Source: Vicugna vicugna (lineage: Eukaryota). From it: DNA of 64,000 bases. Shown one piece after another: positions 39,317-52,700 of this stretch (within the stretch, counting starts at the first letter, position 1; every line of letters begins with the position of its first letter). Location of the stretch: the NCBI GenBank assembly GCA_013265495.1, contig MU061560.1, forward strand, positions 310,001 through 374,000, read 5' to 3'. Below the pieces are notes generated by a model that saw only the letters and a list, made by a program, of their open reading frames with translations, was not told where the DNA came from and did no database searches. The translations under genes were made by a program, and so were the position numbers.

Positions 39317-40050
39317 TTCTCAGTTTGAAACACTGTTAATCACAAGAGCTTTAAACGTGCCCAAATCCCAAATTCAAACAAATATTTTCATCCATTCAAC
39401 ATTTTGAAATCTCTGCTTTTACAGAGATTATGAAGAATTTGACTATAATTTATTGTTTTGAAGAAGTTGTACACAAAGACTTAGGAAATAACTGTTATTT
39501 TCTTAATTCTTTTCCTTAAACATATAACATGGACTTAATAGTTTGTCATATTCATGTTATAAACTGCTGTGGCCTGTGTCTTTTATTCTATGTTTCAAGC
39601 CCACAGAGCACAGGCAACATAAGAGTATTTGCGTTAGAAGAAATTCTGTTGTATTTCGATTGGACACTGTGCTTCTTCACTAACTCTCCCTTGATAAAAT
39701 CCTAGTATAACGTTTCATTTTGGCTCCCTTCGCATCTGAAAACCCCATACTGTCAACAATCTGCATTAAATGTTTACTGAGCTACTGTCATTCCCTGAGC
39801 CCCTGATAGATAAGTGACTGGTTCAGAGCCGGCTTCTGGGGCAACTTAACATTATGGATTCATATCCATGTTTTGAATTAAAAAAAAGTTGCCCTGTGTC
39901 CAAAATACATATATATGTTTATATAAAATTCAACCTAGTCAACTTCACTCTTTATTTATGAGAGAAAGCAATTGACCCAGCGTGAAGAAATCTGTTATGA
40001 TAGATTTTCCTGACATGAAAATTGTAAGCATTGTGATTTTTCTGCTTTAG

Positions 40051-40203
<153 letters not shown>

Positions 40204-40892
40204 TAATAGTTTTTTCCTTCCAAGATGAGGCGTGGTACACGGGGAAAAGACTTTAGATTGCACGTGCGCATCTTGGTGCATCAGGAGTGTTACTGAGTGT
40301 GCTGTCTAAAAGGGCAAGGTGTGAAGAAAATACATGAGGTTCCACTCTGACAAATCTAAGACAAAAACCTGTTGTGCTGTTTTCCAGAGCCCTCTGCTGG
40401 ACACACTGGATCAAGCAATTCTTTTACATTTGTTTTTAAATGAATGTAGTATTTTTTTCTATGGACTTATGTACCCAAAAGAATTAGACTTAAAAAAAAA
40501 AACCCTCCCATAAGGGGAAAAACCCACTTCCTAAAATAGCTAAATATATTATCACCACTGAAATTTATTTCTGTGACTAATTTACATGCAAGTGTTTATC
40601 ATTAGCAAGTATTTGTGTGAAAAAGATACCTTCATAATGAAGATTAATATTCATCATATCAACTAATTACTTAGACATTAATATACTGTGAATTAAACTG
40701 TAATTTCTAAAATGTAAATTATATGCATATATCACCAAATTTTTCACACTGCCCAACTAATTACTTAGATTAATAATAGTTACTACCTCTCCCCACCAGT
40801 TCTTTTAGGAAGCACCACTGTATTTTATTTTTAAACTTGAAATGATTGTTAAGAATTGTTGATTCAGGGGTTTCAAAATCTTGAGATTTTCA

Positions 40893-40972
40893 CAACAAGG
40901 TCCTACTGAATAGCACAGGGAACTATATTCAATACCTTGTAATAGCCTATAATGAAAAAGAATATGAAAAGG

Positions 40973-41004
<32 letters not shown>

Positions 41005-41080
41005 ACTGAATCACTATGCTGTACACCAGAAGTTAATACAACATTGTAAACTGACTATACTTCAATTAAAAAAAAAAACA
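40893..41080 (+). mobile_element. LINE-1 3' end fragment with (TA)n expansion
   Basis: caacaaggtcctactgaatagcacagggaactatattcaata...actatacttcaattaaaaaaa; TSD cttgagattttca (40880-40892 / 41085-41097). Confidence 0.92.
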
Positions 41081-42249
41081 AAACCTTGAGATTTTCAATA
41101 TAGTATTGCAGTTTCCTTTTGCTGTCACAATTCAGTGCCAAAACAAAAACAGTTATATATCTTGTAAGATGCAAACTTGGTACAAAATTCACAAAGCATA
41201 ACTGTGGCTATGCTTTATTTGTAGATTAAGTAAATAATTTACATGCTGATGTAAGTGTTAAAAAAAAAGTCCTGGGACCTGGAATCGTCCAACTTCTTTC
41301 TTGTGTCAGGAAAGAAAGGGCTCAAGCTCAAACTTTGTGATTGACCCTTGGAAATGGCAGTGAGAAGTCTGAGTGCCCGAGGGACCGCAGGACACAGGGG
41401 AACTGACTTCTGGGTCTGAGCACGGCGCAGTTTGGGGAATAGAATGTGCACCCCCCACCCCAGCCACTCTGGGGGAAGGCAGAATGGAGAATGAGTTTGG
41501 TGCTCCCCTCTTTGAAAAAGAAATCAAAACATTTTTAAAGGGACATTTGAAGTCTCAATCTGGTTTATGTAAGAATTATTACCCCCGAATAATGTGCTTC
41601 ACAGAAATTTGTTTTTCAGGTATATTAACTGCCTTACTCTGTAATATTAAAAAATATATTGTTATCTATACCAATTAAAATAAATCCAGGGTCCTGAAAT
41701 CCACATTTTATTTTACTAAGCCCTGGTTTTTCTTATGATAGTCCTCCTACGCTTCTTGACTTTCAGTGTTAAGGGGAATAGGACCCACCTGGATCTCCAG
41801 TTCTTTCACTGCAAGGTCTAATTTTTTTCTTTAAAATGCCACAAGTTAATTCAGTTTGTAAGCTACATTTTGGATAATTCCAGAAGTTATTCACTCTCTG
41901 CTGGTTCATGAAGAGCATTTGTTATTACTATCTTGGTAGGTAAATAAACTCAGAAAAAAACTCTGAATAATTGTGTGAATCATTCTCCCTTCCAAGGGTA
42001 CATGTGCTCAGGTGTTTGGTGGAAAAAGCTTATGTTCCTGCTGGAGCACAAGTTTCAGACCTGAGTGAAGATGTTCCTGACAGCTGGCTACGCCTGTGTC
42101 AAACCCTAGGCCAGTCCTGGTTTTCTTTGACACATGTTGCTTTATCATCTGGTTGAGAAATCATGGCAAATACTCAGGTTTCTAATTCAGGCAAATCTGC
42201 CATATTGAAGGCAGTAGCAGCTACAGTCTGAACTCAAAATAAAACCTTC

Positions 42250-42376
42250 GAGGGGTGGGTATAACTCAAGGGACAGAGTGTGTGCTTCGCATGCATGAGG
42301 TTGTGGGTTTAAGCCCCTGTACCTCCATTTAAATAAATAAACCTAATTATCCCCCCAATTTTTTAATTTAAAAAGT
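42250..42376 (+). mobile_element. tRNA-derived SINE (Vic-1-like)
   Basis: ggggtgggtataactcaagggacagagtgtgtgcttcgcatgcatgagg...acctaattatcccccc; TSD aaataaaacct (42237-42247 / 42377-42387). Confidence 0.88.
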
Positions 42377-42828
42377 AAATAAAACCTATCAATTAAGAGG
42401 TACATATTTTCTTTATAAATATTACTATTCCTTTGCATGCTACAGGCAGACTATACCAAATTTGTCACATTCCTCTTAAGACTCCAACACTGCACAGTTA
42501 GGAAAAAAGAAAGCTATTGTGAACATCATCTGAGACTTTCCTGTTGGTTCTTCTGCCACCAGGGAGCAGTCCCTACAAGAGCTGTCTCTGGGCTTAGGTG
42601 TCGCCTGTTAAGCGTGTCCCCATATGTACTTCACTGTATAGTCGAACTGTCAATTACTGAACTTGCTCTGCTTCCAGTTTTCCAGTGTAATAGATGACTT
42701 CCCTTGTGCTTGAGGAAGACCAGGGTTCTCAATACCTCAATTCCAGTAAAATTCTCTCCTTTCAACGCAAGATCCAAATCTACTTTCACCAAGATCTTCT
42801 CCTGACCACTTTTCTTTTGGGGTTTCAG

Positions 42829-43146
42829 ATGTGATGAATATGTGACACAGTTGGATGAGATGCAGCGACAGTTAGCAGCTGCAGAGGACGAGAAGAAGAC
42901 TCTAAACACTTTGTTGCGAATGGCTATCCAGCAAAAGCTCGCCCTGACCCAGCGGCTGGAGGACTTAGAGTTTGACCATGAGCAGTCCCGACGCAGCAAA
43001 GGCAAGCTTGGGAAGAGCAAGATCGGCAGCCCTAAAGTAAGTGGGGAGGCGTCAGTCACCGCGCCCACCATAGACACTTCCCTCCTGCATAGTCAGGGCC
43101 CACAGACACCCAGCATTCGGGTCCGCAGTGGCACTCAGAGGAAAAG
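42829..43146 (+). CDS. BICD1: BICD1 coding exon (exon 7 equivalent), long form 318 bp, phase 2-2; internal alternative donor at 43037 gives a 208-bp short form (42829-43036)
   Basis: Acceptor ttttcttttggggtttcag|A. Donors AAA|gtaagt (43037) and AAG|gtatgc (43147). Translates (R)[74 protein letters not shown]...GTQRK. Confidence 0.96.
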
Positions 43147-44133
43147 GTATGCATGCAGAGATCTTCAGAGTATGGTGCAGTGGCCAGATTTTAGTTAACT
43201 GCAAAAATTAATGTGCTCTTATTGTGGAGGATGGAGGAAGGGAAGGAGGAGAAAAATTGGGAGCGGGTGTATAAATGGGCCTTGCCAACGTTGGGTTTTC
43301 CAAATTAAAACCTTTTGATAATTGTGTTTATTTATTCCTTTCCGTCCCCAACGCCCCATCTCTTGGTTAACCATAATATGATTTTGAAGTGTCTGTCAAC
43401 ATTTTTGCTGTTCCTTGTATGCATAAATATACCTCTCCCTTACCTCCAACCTAAAAATTGGTAGATAAAAGGTGGCTATTTAAGAATGAAGCTATGTTTT
43501 ATGTGGGTGATAATTTTAAAAGTCATTGTACCTCTGGCAATGGTGCTATTTACCAGTTTCTCTCTAACGGGGCAAGGATATGAATGTGTTCTCTTAGGGG
43601 AACTTTTGTTCATATTCCGAAAACTGCTGGCTGACTGAAGGAAGATGTCTCTATCTAGGTCATGTGGAGTGGAATCTGTATACTCTTTCTCTGAAAAGCA
43701 GGTTTTTGTGCTTTTTTCATTTGGTGTGTGACTATTGCTCAAAGAAAATCACTTGTAAGGTTTTTAGTGGCTTGATTTTTATGACCTCTCTCTAGAGTCC
43801 TAGATGTTGAATTAATTACTTACCCTGTATTTTCAGTTAATGACAAAATTTTTATTTTAGGAGCTTTCAGTAAAGAATAAAACAATATAAATATTTTCTA
43901 TTTGTGGTTCAAACTGACTAACTCTAATAAATCTCTTTTCCAGTATCCAGTACAGTTTCCAAATAGGGTTGTATCCTGGTATGGAAATTAAACAATTAGT
44001 GAAAATCTTGCTTTACATGTTAAAAAAAAATTAAATGCCAATATAAATAATGTTGTCACTGGTGAGGCTTTGAAAGGTAATTAAAGTAAAACTTTTTTGT
44101 TTCCTATATGTATTTTCTTGGATCTCCTGCAAG

Positions 44134-44327
44134 ACAATTTTCACCTTCCCTTTGTGATCAGAGCCGTCCCAGGACGTCAGGGGCTTCCTACCTACAGAAT
44201 TTATTAAGAGTTCCCCCTGATCCCACCTCCACAGAATCATTTCTTCTGAAGGGCCCCCCTTCCATGAGTGAATTCATCCAAGGGCACCGGCTCAGCAAGG
44301 AAAAAAGGTTAACCGTGGCTCCACCAG
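44134..44327 (+). CDS. BICD1: BICD1 coding exon (exon 8 equivalent), 194 bp, phase 2-1; long-isoform C-terminal tail
   Basis: Acceptor tattttcttggatctcctgcaag|A and donor CAG|gtaaac. Translates (R)QFSPSLCDQSRPRTSGASYLQNLLRVPPDPTSTESFLLKGPPSMSEFIQGHRLSKEKRLTVAPP, in frame with long exon 7. Confidence 0.93.
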
Positions 44328-47300
44328 GTAAACATTTTTTCCTTGGGTGTATGTGATGCAAATGATTAGATGAACAGACGGCTCTCCCGTACCTTCCAAC
44401 CACTCATGCCCACCCATCCGCAGAGTCTAACTCCGATGACAGTCAGTTCCTACCAGCTACAGTAAAGTCGCCTTTATGCTTCACCACCTGTTTCTGTCTT
44501 TACTCAGCCAGAAAGTCGTTCCAGGGACTTCCTTTCCACAGCCAAGGATGGAGAATGAGAGTTGGAAGGAATGGGATAGGTCAAGGGGAACGAGGAACAG
44601 GCATAGTACAGGACGCACAGCTGGATCCTATTTGCAGTTTGGTAGCTCTTAGCCGTTCCATCTTGGTCAAATTTTGTCATTTGGTTCTGATCATGTTTAA
44701 TGTGATTTCAGTAAAGGGGGCCATCTTTATAAAAAGCCTTTTGGGCTAGTCTCCTTTTGTAGTGACTCAGATTGTCTCCTCAGTCATTGAGAAAATAAAA
44801 GTAAAATCCTCTAAGGTTTTGCTCCTCCGGAACGCTTAGGTCTTCGTGTAATGTTCCTGGAGTTTGTAAGCCCTTAGTGATGTTTGCTCCCCAGTACGCT
44901 CACAACTTACTTTCAGCTTCACTGTTTGGCCTTTTTCATTTCTTTCTTTGTCTTTCTCTCTCCTTTTTTTTTTTTTTTTTTAATATTTTAAAACTTTCCT
45001 ATGAAGGGCCTCAATTGAAAATGTGACTTCTGGCAAATACAGATCATCCTTTCGAGAAATCCCTGCCTGCTAACTATAGGTCAGAGGTGGCACACAGACA
45101 GGAAGTCAAGGAACAAAATAAGCCCAAAGGCAGCTGTTACTCAGCTATCACAAGAGACGGAAAATGAAAACTAATTTGAGTTAGTTGTCAGCAGTTAGAA
45201 ACTCAGGAGATTTCGCAGGAGCAGGTAGATTTCTGGCCTCCCTTGAGTGATTCTGAGTATCTGGCAGCCCTGGGTCTGCATTCATGATGCCAGCAACCTG
45301 GTGGGGCTGTGGAGTGACTGCTGCTTAGCGACCGTCCCCCTCACTCCCTGTGACTTAAACCTGGCCCGGTGCACCTGTCTCTGCTGTCTTCTGGCCCCTG
45401 CCTTTGAGTTTGCCACCTTGGCCACTGAATTTTATTTTTTAAATCTACTTCGATTTTACCTTAATTCCTTTTCGGAAACCTCAGCCTTTCAATCTCTGAC
45501 ACTTTCCTAATCTGATTCATGAGTCAGCCTAATGATACGCGGGATGGCGACTTACAGCACACCTTCAGCATTCTAAGAATGTCCGAGGACGTGCGCACTG
45601 ACGAGGCGCTGGAAAAGCGTAACAGCCAAAATGGGCGCCTGAAAAAATAAAGTAACGCCCCTTCCAGATGTTCCTCCTTTAATAACTCCTCTCCTATTGT
45701 TTTAGACCCCCTTGGAAGGTACCTTAAAGTGTCTGTGACTCACCGAAGTAGTAATGAGTCATTAGGACACCTAGCTTCAATAAAACCCACCAGTCTTTTG
45801 AGTGCTCCCACTGGAATTGGTAGCACTATCTTCTAGAACTTAGAAAAGAAATTCTTTGATAAATAAGTAACTCTACTGTGTTTTAATTAAAAGAGTGACA
45901 TATCAGACTAAAAGTTAATAATAAATATTTATAACGGTTTTTGTTTTGTGTATGACCGACCCTGGTTTACACTGCAATCTGTCTATATCAGGGGGCTCTG
46001 TTTTACACCATTGTCATTACATTGTGGAAACCATTAACAGACGCCATAGCCTTCATGTTACCACCGCATCTTATTTTTATTTTTAAAGGTTGTTATATCA
46101 TAAATTTTATTTCGGATGTTGTTACTGCATTAATCACTACTTCTTCTCTTGCTAACCGCTGAGGGGGTTTTCTGTTGTTTGTTACGTTACAGGATGCTGT
46201 TAGGAATGTCATGTGTTCACCTTCTCATCTGGTCCGTTGTTTTCCAGAGTGAGATCATTGGGTTAAAAGTATGAACATCTTTATGTTTTTTGCTCCATTT
46301 TGATGTGCTGTCAAAAAGGGCATATCAGTGTTCCAGAAGCCCTACAGTTCCCCCATTTTCACACATTCTACATCTTTCTGCTACCTTACAGACACTGTAT
46401 ACATCTTGCAACTCTAAGGCTGGACAGCATACATGAATGAGAACACTATCATGTTGTCTTAAATTCTTTAGTTTGGAATAATGGGAAAATTCCATAGCCC
46501 TCAGAAATGATTACTATACACAAGATTAGAGCTATAAATAATGTGGAATTCAGAATTATCACTAGGCCACAAAATCATTTTAGTGACAACTTAGTGTACA
46601 GATAAAACTTATATTTTTAACCATTTGTTTGAAGTTAAAATAATAGAAGAGGGAAGGAAGTCAAGCTGTTATTATAGCCTGAGGAATTTTCAATTGTTTA
46701 TCATAGAACCAACCAGATTAATCCTCGATAAATTCTCAGATCAACCCAGTAACATTTTCTAAAAGGTTCTGGCTCAGTGAGTTACCACAGCAACTAGCTA
46801 TCTACACCAAACAAATGGTAGCTTCTAAAGTTATTTACATCATTGACAATATATATTATTTTTCCTAGGCTGAACTATATTGGGTAAGACATATTAAACA
46901 TCATTTATTATGCTTTTAGTATATAAAAATGTTTTAATTAAGCTGAAAAAGGGAAAATATGCCATATATATCCAAGAAATATCTTAAACCCATGGAAAAT
47001 AATAGATTTTATGAGTATTAGTCATGAGTTTAACATAAATTATTGATTATTATAAAATTTACTGGCTGGTAATGATATATATTCATCATTTTAAAATGAC
47101 AATTCCTTGTTAATTTATCAGAATGTTTTTTAAGAGATATTATTATCTAAAATATATTTTAAGTTATTTTAAGTATTCTAATAAGCAGATATACAGAATG
47201 TTTTCTATTGAGGATCACTGAAGTAATTAAATCAATAGAAGTGAAATTAGTTGTATCTGTTTTGGTTGAGGAGTTGCAAGAGATATAAATCTCATTTAAA

Positions 47301-47933
47301 TTTTAAAACACAGAACATAAAATATTACTTACTGTATATAAGGGATATTTTCAAATAGATTTCACTTCTGTGAGATGGTCAGCAGGTAACCCCATCTTCT
47401 TCAAGGCACAATTTCTTAGTTTTTGGAAAATCCGCTCTCTGATAGGGCACTGATTTTCAGAACCAGAATGTTTTGTGCTAGTTGATGAGTGCATTGTCCT
47501 GACTGATCTCCAATATCAGTAAAACCTTGTGGAGGAAAAGTCAGGCCCTTGCTTCTGACTGTGGCTCAGGCCCTGCTACCTCAACCCTTGATGAAATCTC
47601 TGGCCGTGGCTTATTGACTTTCTTGGTCTTGACTTTATCCTCATCCAGGGTCCACCCACATATGCCTACTAGCTTTGATGGACTTGAATCAAAAGGGCCC
47701 TGCTGATAACCAACAAGTTTGCAGTCAGGCAGCAGATAGTATGTCTTCATGATATCAGTGGTTATTTTGTAGCCAGTTTTTTCCGGATGCTTCAACTTTC
47801 CAGGCCTGTATAATTAGTAAAATCTTAAAATTTAATCCATAATTAAAATAGTCTACCAGAATATGTAAAAGGAATCAATGTAATTTATAGGCAAAAGATG
47901 TTATTTCTCTGGTAAAGACCTAACTGCATCATC

Positions 47934-48892
47934 TGTACAGGTAGTTGGGTCCCTGGACCCAACTGCAGCATGGGGGTGGGGCTGCTTCCTCCCACCAAAC
48001 AATTCTCAGACACCAGCTGGGTGTCCTACAATTCAACTCAGTTCTGACGCGGTCTACCCAGAGATGGCATCAGATTCCACAGGATGAAGACTCAGTCCTA
48101 CAGGACAACCCCACCCCCTGACCCCCCACCCCCTACGTTAGGAGTGGCAAACTCTGCCTTAATATCTGTGCTTCTGACCCACTGGCTGTAGATTGGAGGT
48201 TCCCACGACTCCCTCTTTGGATTCCAGGCACCAGTCGCACATCCAGGTTGTTACCTGACTTCTGAATGATTGGCTATGAATCAGAAGTTCCCGTGACTCC
48301 CTCTTCTGGTTTAATTAATTCGCTACTTCCCAAATTACTGATTTATTATAATAAGATAGAACTCAGAAGAGATGTGTAGGGCAAGAAATGGGGAAAGTGC
48401 ACACAGCTTACGTGCTGTCCTCACATGCCACTCTCTCCTAGTCTTCATGTGTTTGCCAACCCAGAAGCTCTATGAACCCTGTCCTTCCAGGTTCTTATGG
48501 AGGCTTCATTACATAAGCATGAGATTGATTAAACTGTTGGCCACTGGTTAGTGATTCAGCCTCCAGCCTCTCCCTTCCTGGGAGGTCAGGGGTTGGGACT
48601 GAAAGTTCCAACTCTGAAATTACAGGGTTTGTTCTCCTGGAAACCAGTATTAAAGTCATCTCATTAAGATAACAAGAGACACCTTTGTCATCCTCCACAC
48701 TTCAGAAATTCCAAGAGTTTGGGGAGCTGTGAGCCAGGAATCCTGAATGGGACCAAACATACATTTCTTCTATTATTACAGTTTTTTTAAATTGAGGTAC
48801 CAGGACCTTGTGCATGGTAAGCATGCGCTCTACCACTGAGCTATACACTCCCCCCACTCAAATATGCATTTCTTATAAATCACAATATCACA
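47934..48892. mobile_element. Solo LTR, MER21-like, with nested SINE
   Basis: tg...ca ends; motifs gacaccagctgggtgtcctacaattcaactcagttctgac, aacccagaagctctatgaaccctgtcc, ggaggcttcattacataagcatga and cttataaatcacaatatcaca. Confidence 0.8.
48782..48855 (-). mobile_element. tRNA-derived SINE (Vic-1-like), box-B-deleted, nested in an LTR
   Basis: gcatgcgctctaccactgagctatacactcccccc; imperfect TSD aaacatacatttctt / aaatatgcatttctt. Confidence 0.85.
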
Positions 48893-49364
48893 ACAAGATG
48901 AACAAGAAATCTTAAGCTTGGAAAAACCAGTTTGAACTCTCTTCTGGATGTAAAAGCCTAAGGCAATTTGCTCTTCACGAACACGGTGTTTTCCACGTAG
49001 GAGCTTCTGCTCTTGAATGTTTTGCTTCCCCACATCATTTCAGTTTCGTCTGTCCCTCCCTACTCCTCTTTCTTTCCCTCCTCCCTCTCTCTTTCTCTGA
49101 AACCATTACTGAACTAATGTGAAAGCATGGTATTGTTTTGAAATCTGAAAGTTTTCTATGCTATTTTAGATTTTACCAATTTTTAAAGCATCTCATAGAA
49201 ATGTGTTAACCTTAGCTGTGTAATCACCCCGTTAGGTGTATGGTCAACAGTAAACACGAGCGTGTTCATTAGTGAAGATTGCCTTTACATTTCCCTGTGT
49301 TCAAACAAGTAGATATTTATTGCTCTGTCTGTTATATGTTCTTAAGCATGTACCCAAACCACAT

Positions 49365-49690
49365 TTCTTTCATTAACTCGTTTTCTCATTCACTCATTTG
49401 TCAAAATTTAACAAAAGACATTGTGCACCTGCTGTGTGTCAGGCACTTTCCTTGGCTTTTGGTATAATGTAGTGATATTCAAGTAAAACACCACTTCTGT
49501 TCCTCAAGAAACTCATAGTCAGTAGGGGAAGTAGACAGGCAAGTAAGTAATGATATTAATAAATGTTCCTGGTAAAAGGGAGAGTTGGAGAGGTGAGGAA
49601 GTCCTCCCAGAAGAGATGCAAGCACTGGTTGTGATAGGTGACCGGACCTCAATAGGCAGATGGCAGGGATGCAGGTGTGGGTAATGAGAA
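49365..49690 (-). mobile_element. LINE-2 3' remnant (host site of the ERV)
   Basis: cattcactcattt...cattgtgcacctgctgtgtgtcaggcact...cctcaagaaactcatagtcagtaggggaagtagaca. Confidence 0.65.
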
Positions 49691-49702
49691 GAGCCTTGTC
49701 GA

Positions 49703-52700
49703 TGTCGACTGAAAAACGTGCACAACATGTCAGTTGTGAGTTAAGTTTTATTTTGGGTGAAATGAGGACTATAGCCCGGGAAACAGTGTCTCAGATAGCT
49801 CTGAGGAACTGCTCTGAAGAGGTAGGGCGAAGGTGAGTGTTGTACAGTGAAGTGAAGGGAGGGATGTACAGTCAAGCGCACATTTTGGCAGAGCCTTGCT
49901 GCTTGTCATGAGGAAATGCCACTGTTGCTGATTTTAGTGCTCTTCTAGATAGGAAAAAAATGCAAGAATTTGGTCTCAGAAATCTTCTCCTGAAAGTATC
50001 TAACTATCTGAAGCTCTGTTCTGCCAGTTTTCCCCAGAGTACAGAGCACCTCATTTCTGATCTCTACCCTGAACTCCTTTCAGGGTGTGTTGAAAGTCAA
50101 TGACTGCAGTGACTAGAGGCTTAATCCTTGTAGAGGCAGATGGCAAGTGCCAAGGTTTAGCTGGCAGGGCTCCCTCACGGTTATAAATCCCGCCATGGGC
50201 TGGGAGGCGTTACGCGACCGTTTCGTCCCGTGGTGCTAGGCATACTCATTCCTAGGTCAGCGAGGATCCCATCAGTAGGTCACTCGGTGTGCCGTTCCTG
50301 GCCTAGGCCTTGTTTACAGTAGCTGAGCATCTCTGGACCACCTGTCTTACTAGTCTTTTACGGTCCAGGAAAATATTCCCCCCTGTTGTTTCTTCCCACA
50401 TCTAGAGTCGCACTGTCACAATCATAGGTCTCATATAGAGCTACATACCTGGTCAGCTGCTTCAAGTCACCTGGTCATCATGTTATCAGAGGCTCAGTCA
50501 CACATTTGGCAATGTAAAAAACAACAGAATTTTGTAAAACAGGCAAAAATACAAATAATATAGCTAATAGTATCAGTAAGGTCCTAAGTAAGAATTTAAG
50601 CCAAGAACTTCCATCAGGGCAGCCCAGGATATCTCCAGGTTGTCTGACTTGGTCTGTTCTGTGCCAATCCTTCTCTCTCAGGGAAATGATGCAAAGCGTT
50701 GCTCATAAGGCACCCAGTCCAGTTTCCTAGTGTTACCAGCCCGCTTATCCATAGTATGATGTCATTATCCCCAACATAAAGGAGACTTTAAACTTAAATG
50801 ACCATAGCCTGGTGTGAGCCACATAAATCCGTCCCGTAACTGTGGGAGGTTTCCTTCTCATAAATGGGAGGTTACAGTTTTTGACTGAAATTTTGATTGA
50901 GCTTGGGTAACCTTAGAAGGAGATTCATATTGATGGCCAGGGTCAGAGCAGATATTAATTGGCCAGATGAGCAGATCCTACCTATTAATATAAATAGTGG
51001 CCTGAATAGAAATGTAAATTTTTTCTTCTAGAATAAATTTCCTGAGGGCCAACCAGTTAAAGCCTTGGAGTAGAGAAACCCACCTACATAACCCAGAAGT
51101 GCTGGATATAAGTAATTGACCGTAAACCTAACAATTGGATTAACTTTAACTCTGCATAAGATTGTGAAATACATTTGGTTCATAAGCAAAGGTGTGAGCA
51201 ATTATTAAAGTAATTGGTATACAGTCCTGGTCCAGTGTCTTAGGTCAGCTGTCTACTTCAGATATTTTCTTCTGATCCTGGTCTGGTAGCTTCCCCTCTG
51301 TTGGAGCATTGTTTTAAGGTGGTTTTGAGATCAGCAGTCCTCTCTGTAAGCCAGTCCTGTGCAGGGGCCCTTTGCAGGTGGAAATAACAATCCAAATATC
51401 CATTTGCTTCAGATTTGCTATGCATGAGCTAGTTAGGAGTACCTTATAAGGATCCTTCCATCTAGGCTGGACATAGTCCTTCAAAAGATGCCTTTTCCTG
51501 GTTGTAGGTCATGGGGCATCTGATCTCCATCCAAAGATAGATTACCAAGATAAGCTTCAGAAACAATCTTAGAGTGTCCTTTTAATAATTCAGTTAAGCT
51601 TACAGTATTAAAACAGCAAGGAACTATCTGGGAAGTGAATCTTAGTAAATACAGATCCCAGTTAACAGAACTAGAATTTAATATTCACTGAAACATATTT
51701 TCTCTCCTCTTATTTCTACCAAATAGAGCCAAATTGAGACTAATTTGTTTGCAAAATAAGTCAGGTTTCAAAAAACCTGGCCTGATGTTTTATGTAAGTG
51801 TAACTGATCATCTAGGCTTTTTTTTTTTTAATTGGCTTTGCTGGAACTTTTTATAAGAAATCTCAAATTGAACTGTTAAAAACGGCTTCTCAGGGCCAGG
51901 AAGGTCACACCGAGGGCTTGTCGCAGGTTTCTCCTTACAGATCCATGTGAATTCCTCCTTTTTCCAGGTCTCCAAAATACCTTGAGATTCCTGTGCCTGT
52001 TAGGAGGTGATCTTCCCAATTTATCTGACAAAGCTGCTGGGAACCTGAGAGTTTCCAGGCTCTGGAAGGATGAGATAGAGAGAAAAGAGAGATGTTTTCA
52101 ATTCTGCTTACAAAGGTATAATTTACCAAATTCCTGTAAGTCATAATTAGCTTGAGGGGAAGGGTTTCATAATAGCTGGAAAACACAGATTAAAAGCCAG
52201 TTCAGACAGAAACCATAAAAATTATAACCATTTTCACCAGTTCTCTCAGTCCTATGTAACTAACCCTTTCTGTTAACAGTTTTATGAAGCCATGAGGTTT
52301 CCTGTTAGAATTATTTAATTTCTTACCTAGTTCAGCATTATGGTCTGAAAGTTACCAGAAATCTGTACTAGTCAAAAAGTCCTTGCTATGAATTTTCTTG
52401 AAGAGGAAGCATTTTTGCAAGGACATCAGAATAAAACCATAATTGTCTATGAATGATTACAATACAAAGAAACTTAGTAACTGCTGCAACATATAACATT
52501 TTAAGGTAATGACTAGAATTATAACTGATAACATTTTACCAGGACATACAGATTTTTACAAATTCCGTAAGATTTCTAGACTATCTGTATTAATACAGAG
52601 AATTGTAATTCATACAATATAACCTAAGAAGATTTATTACTCAAGTATACTTCCCATGTAATTTAACATACCGGATGAACCTAATTAGTTTAATATTTCT

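Noticed and set aside
44760..45200. attgtc / ttgtcagcag matches as the next BICD1 exon (DCQQPAAS / IVSSLLPP)
   Set aside because: The matches last only a few bases and do not continue into the expected peptide. That exon appears to lie beyond the window.
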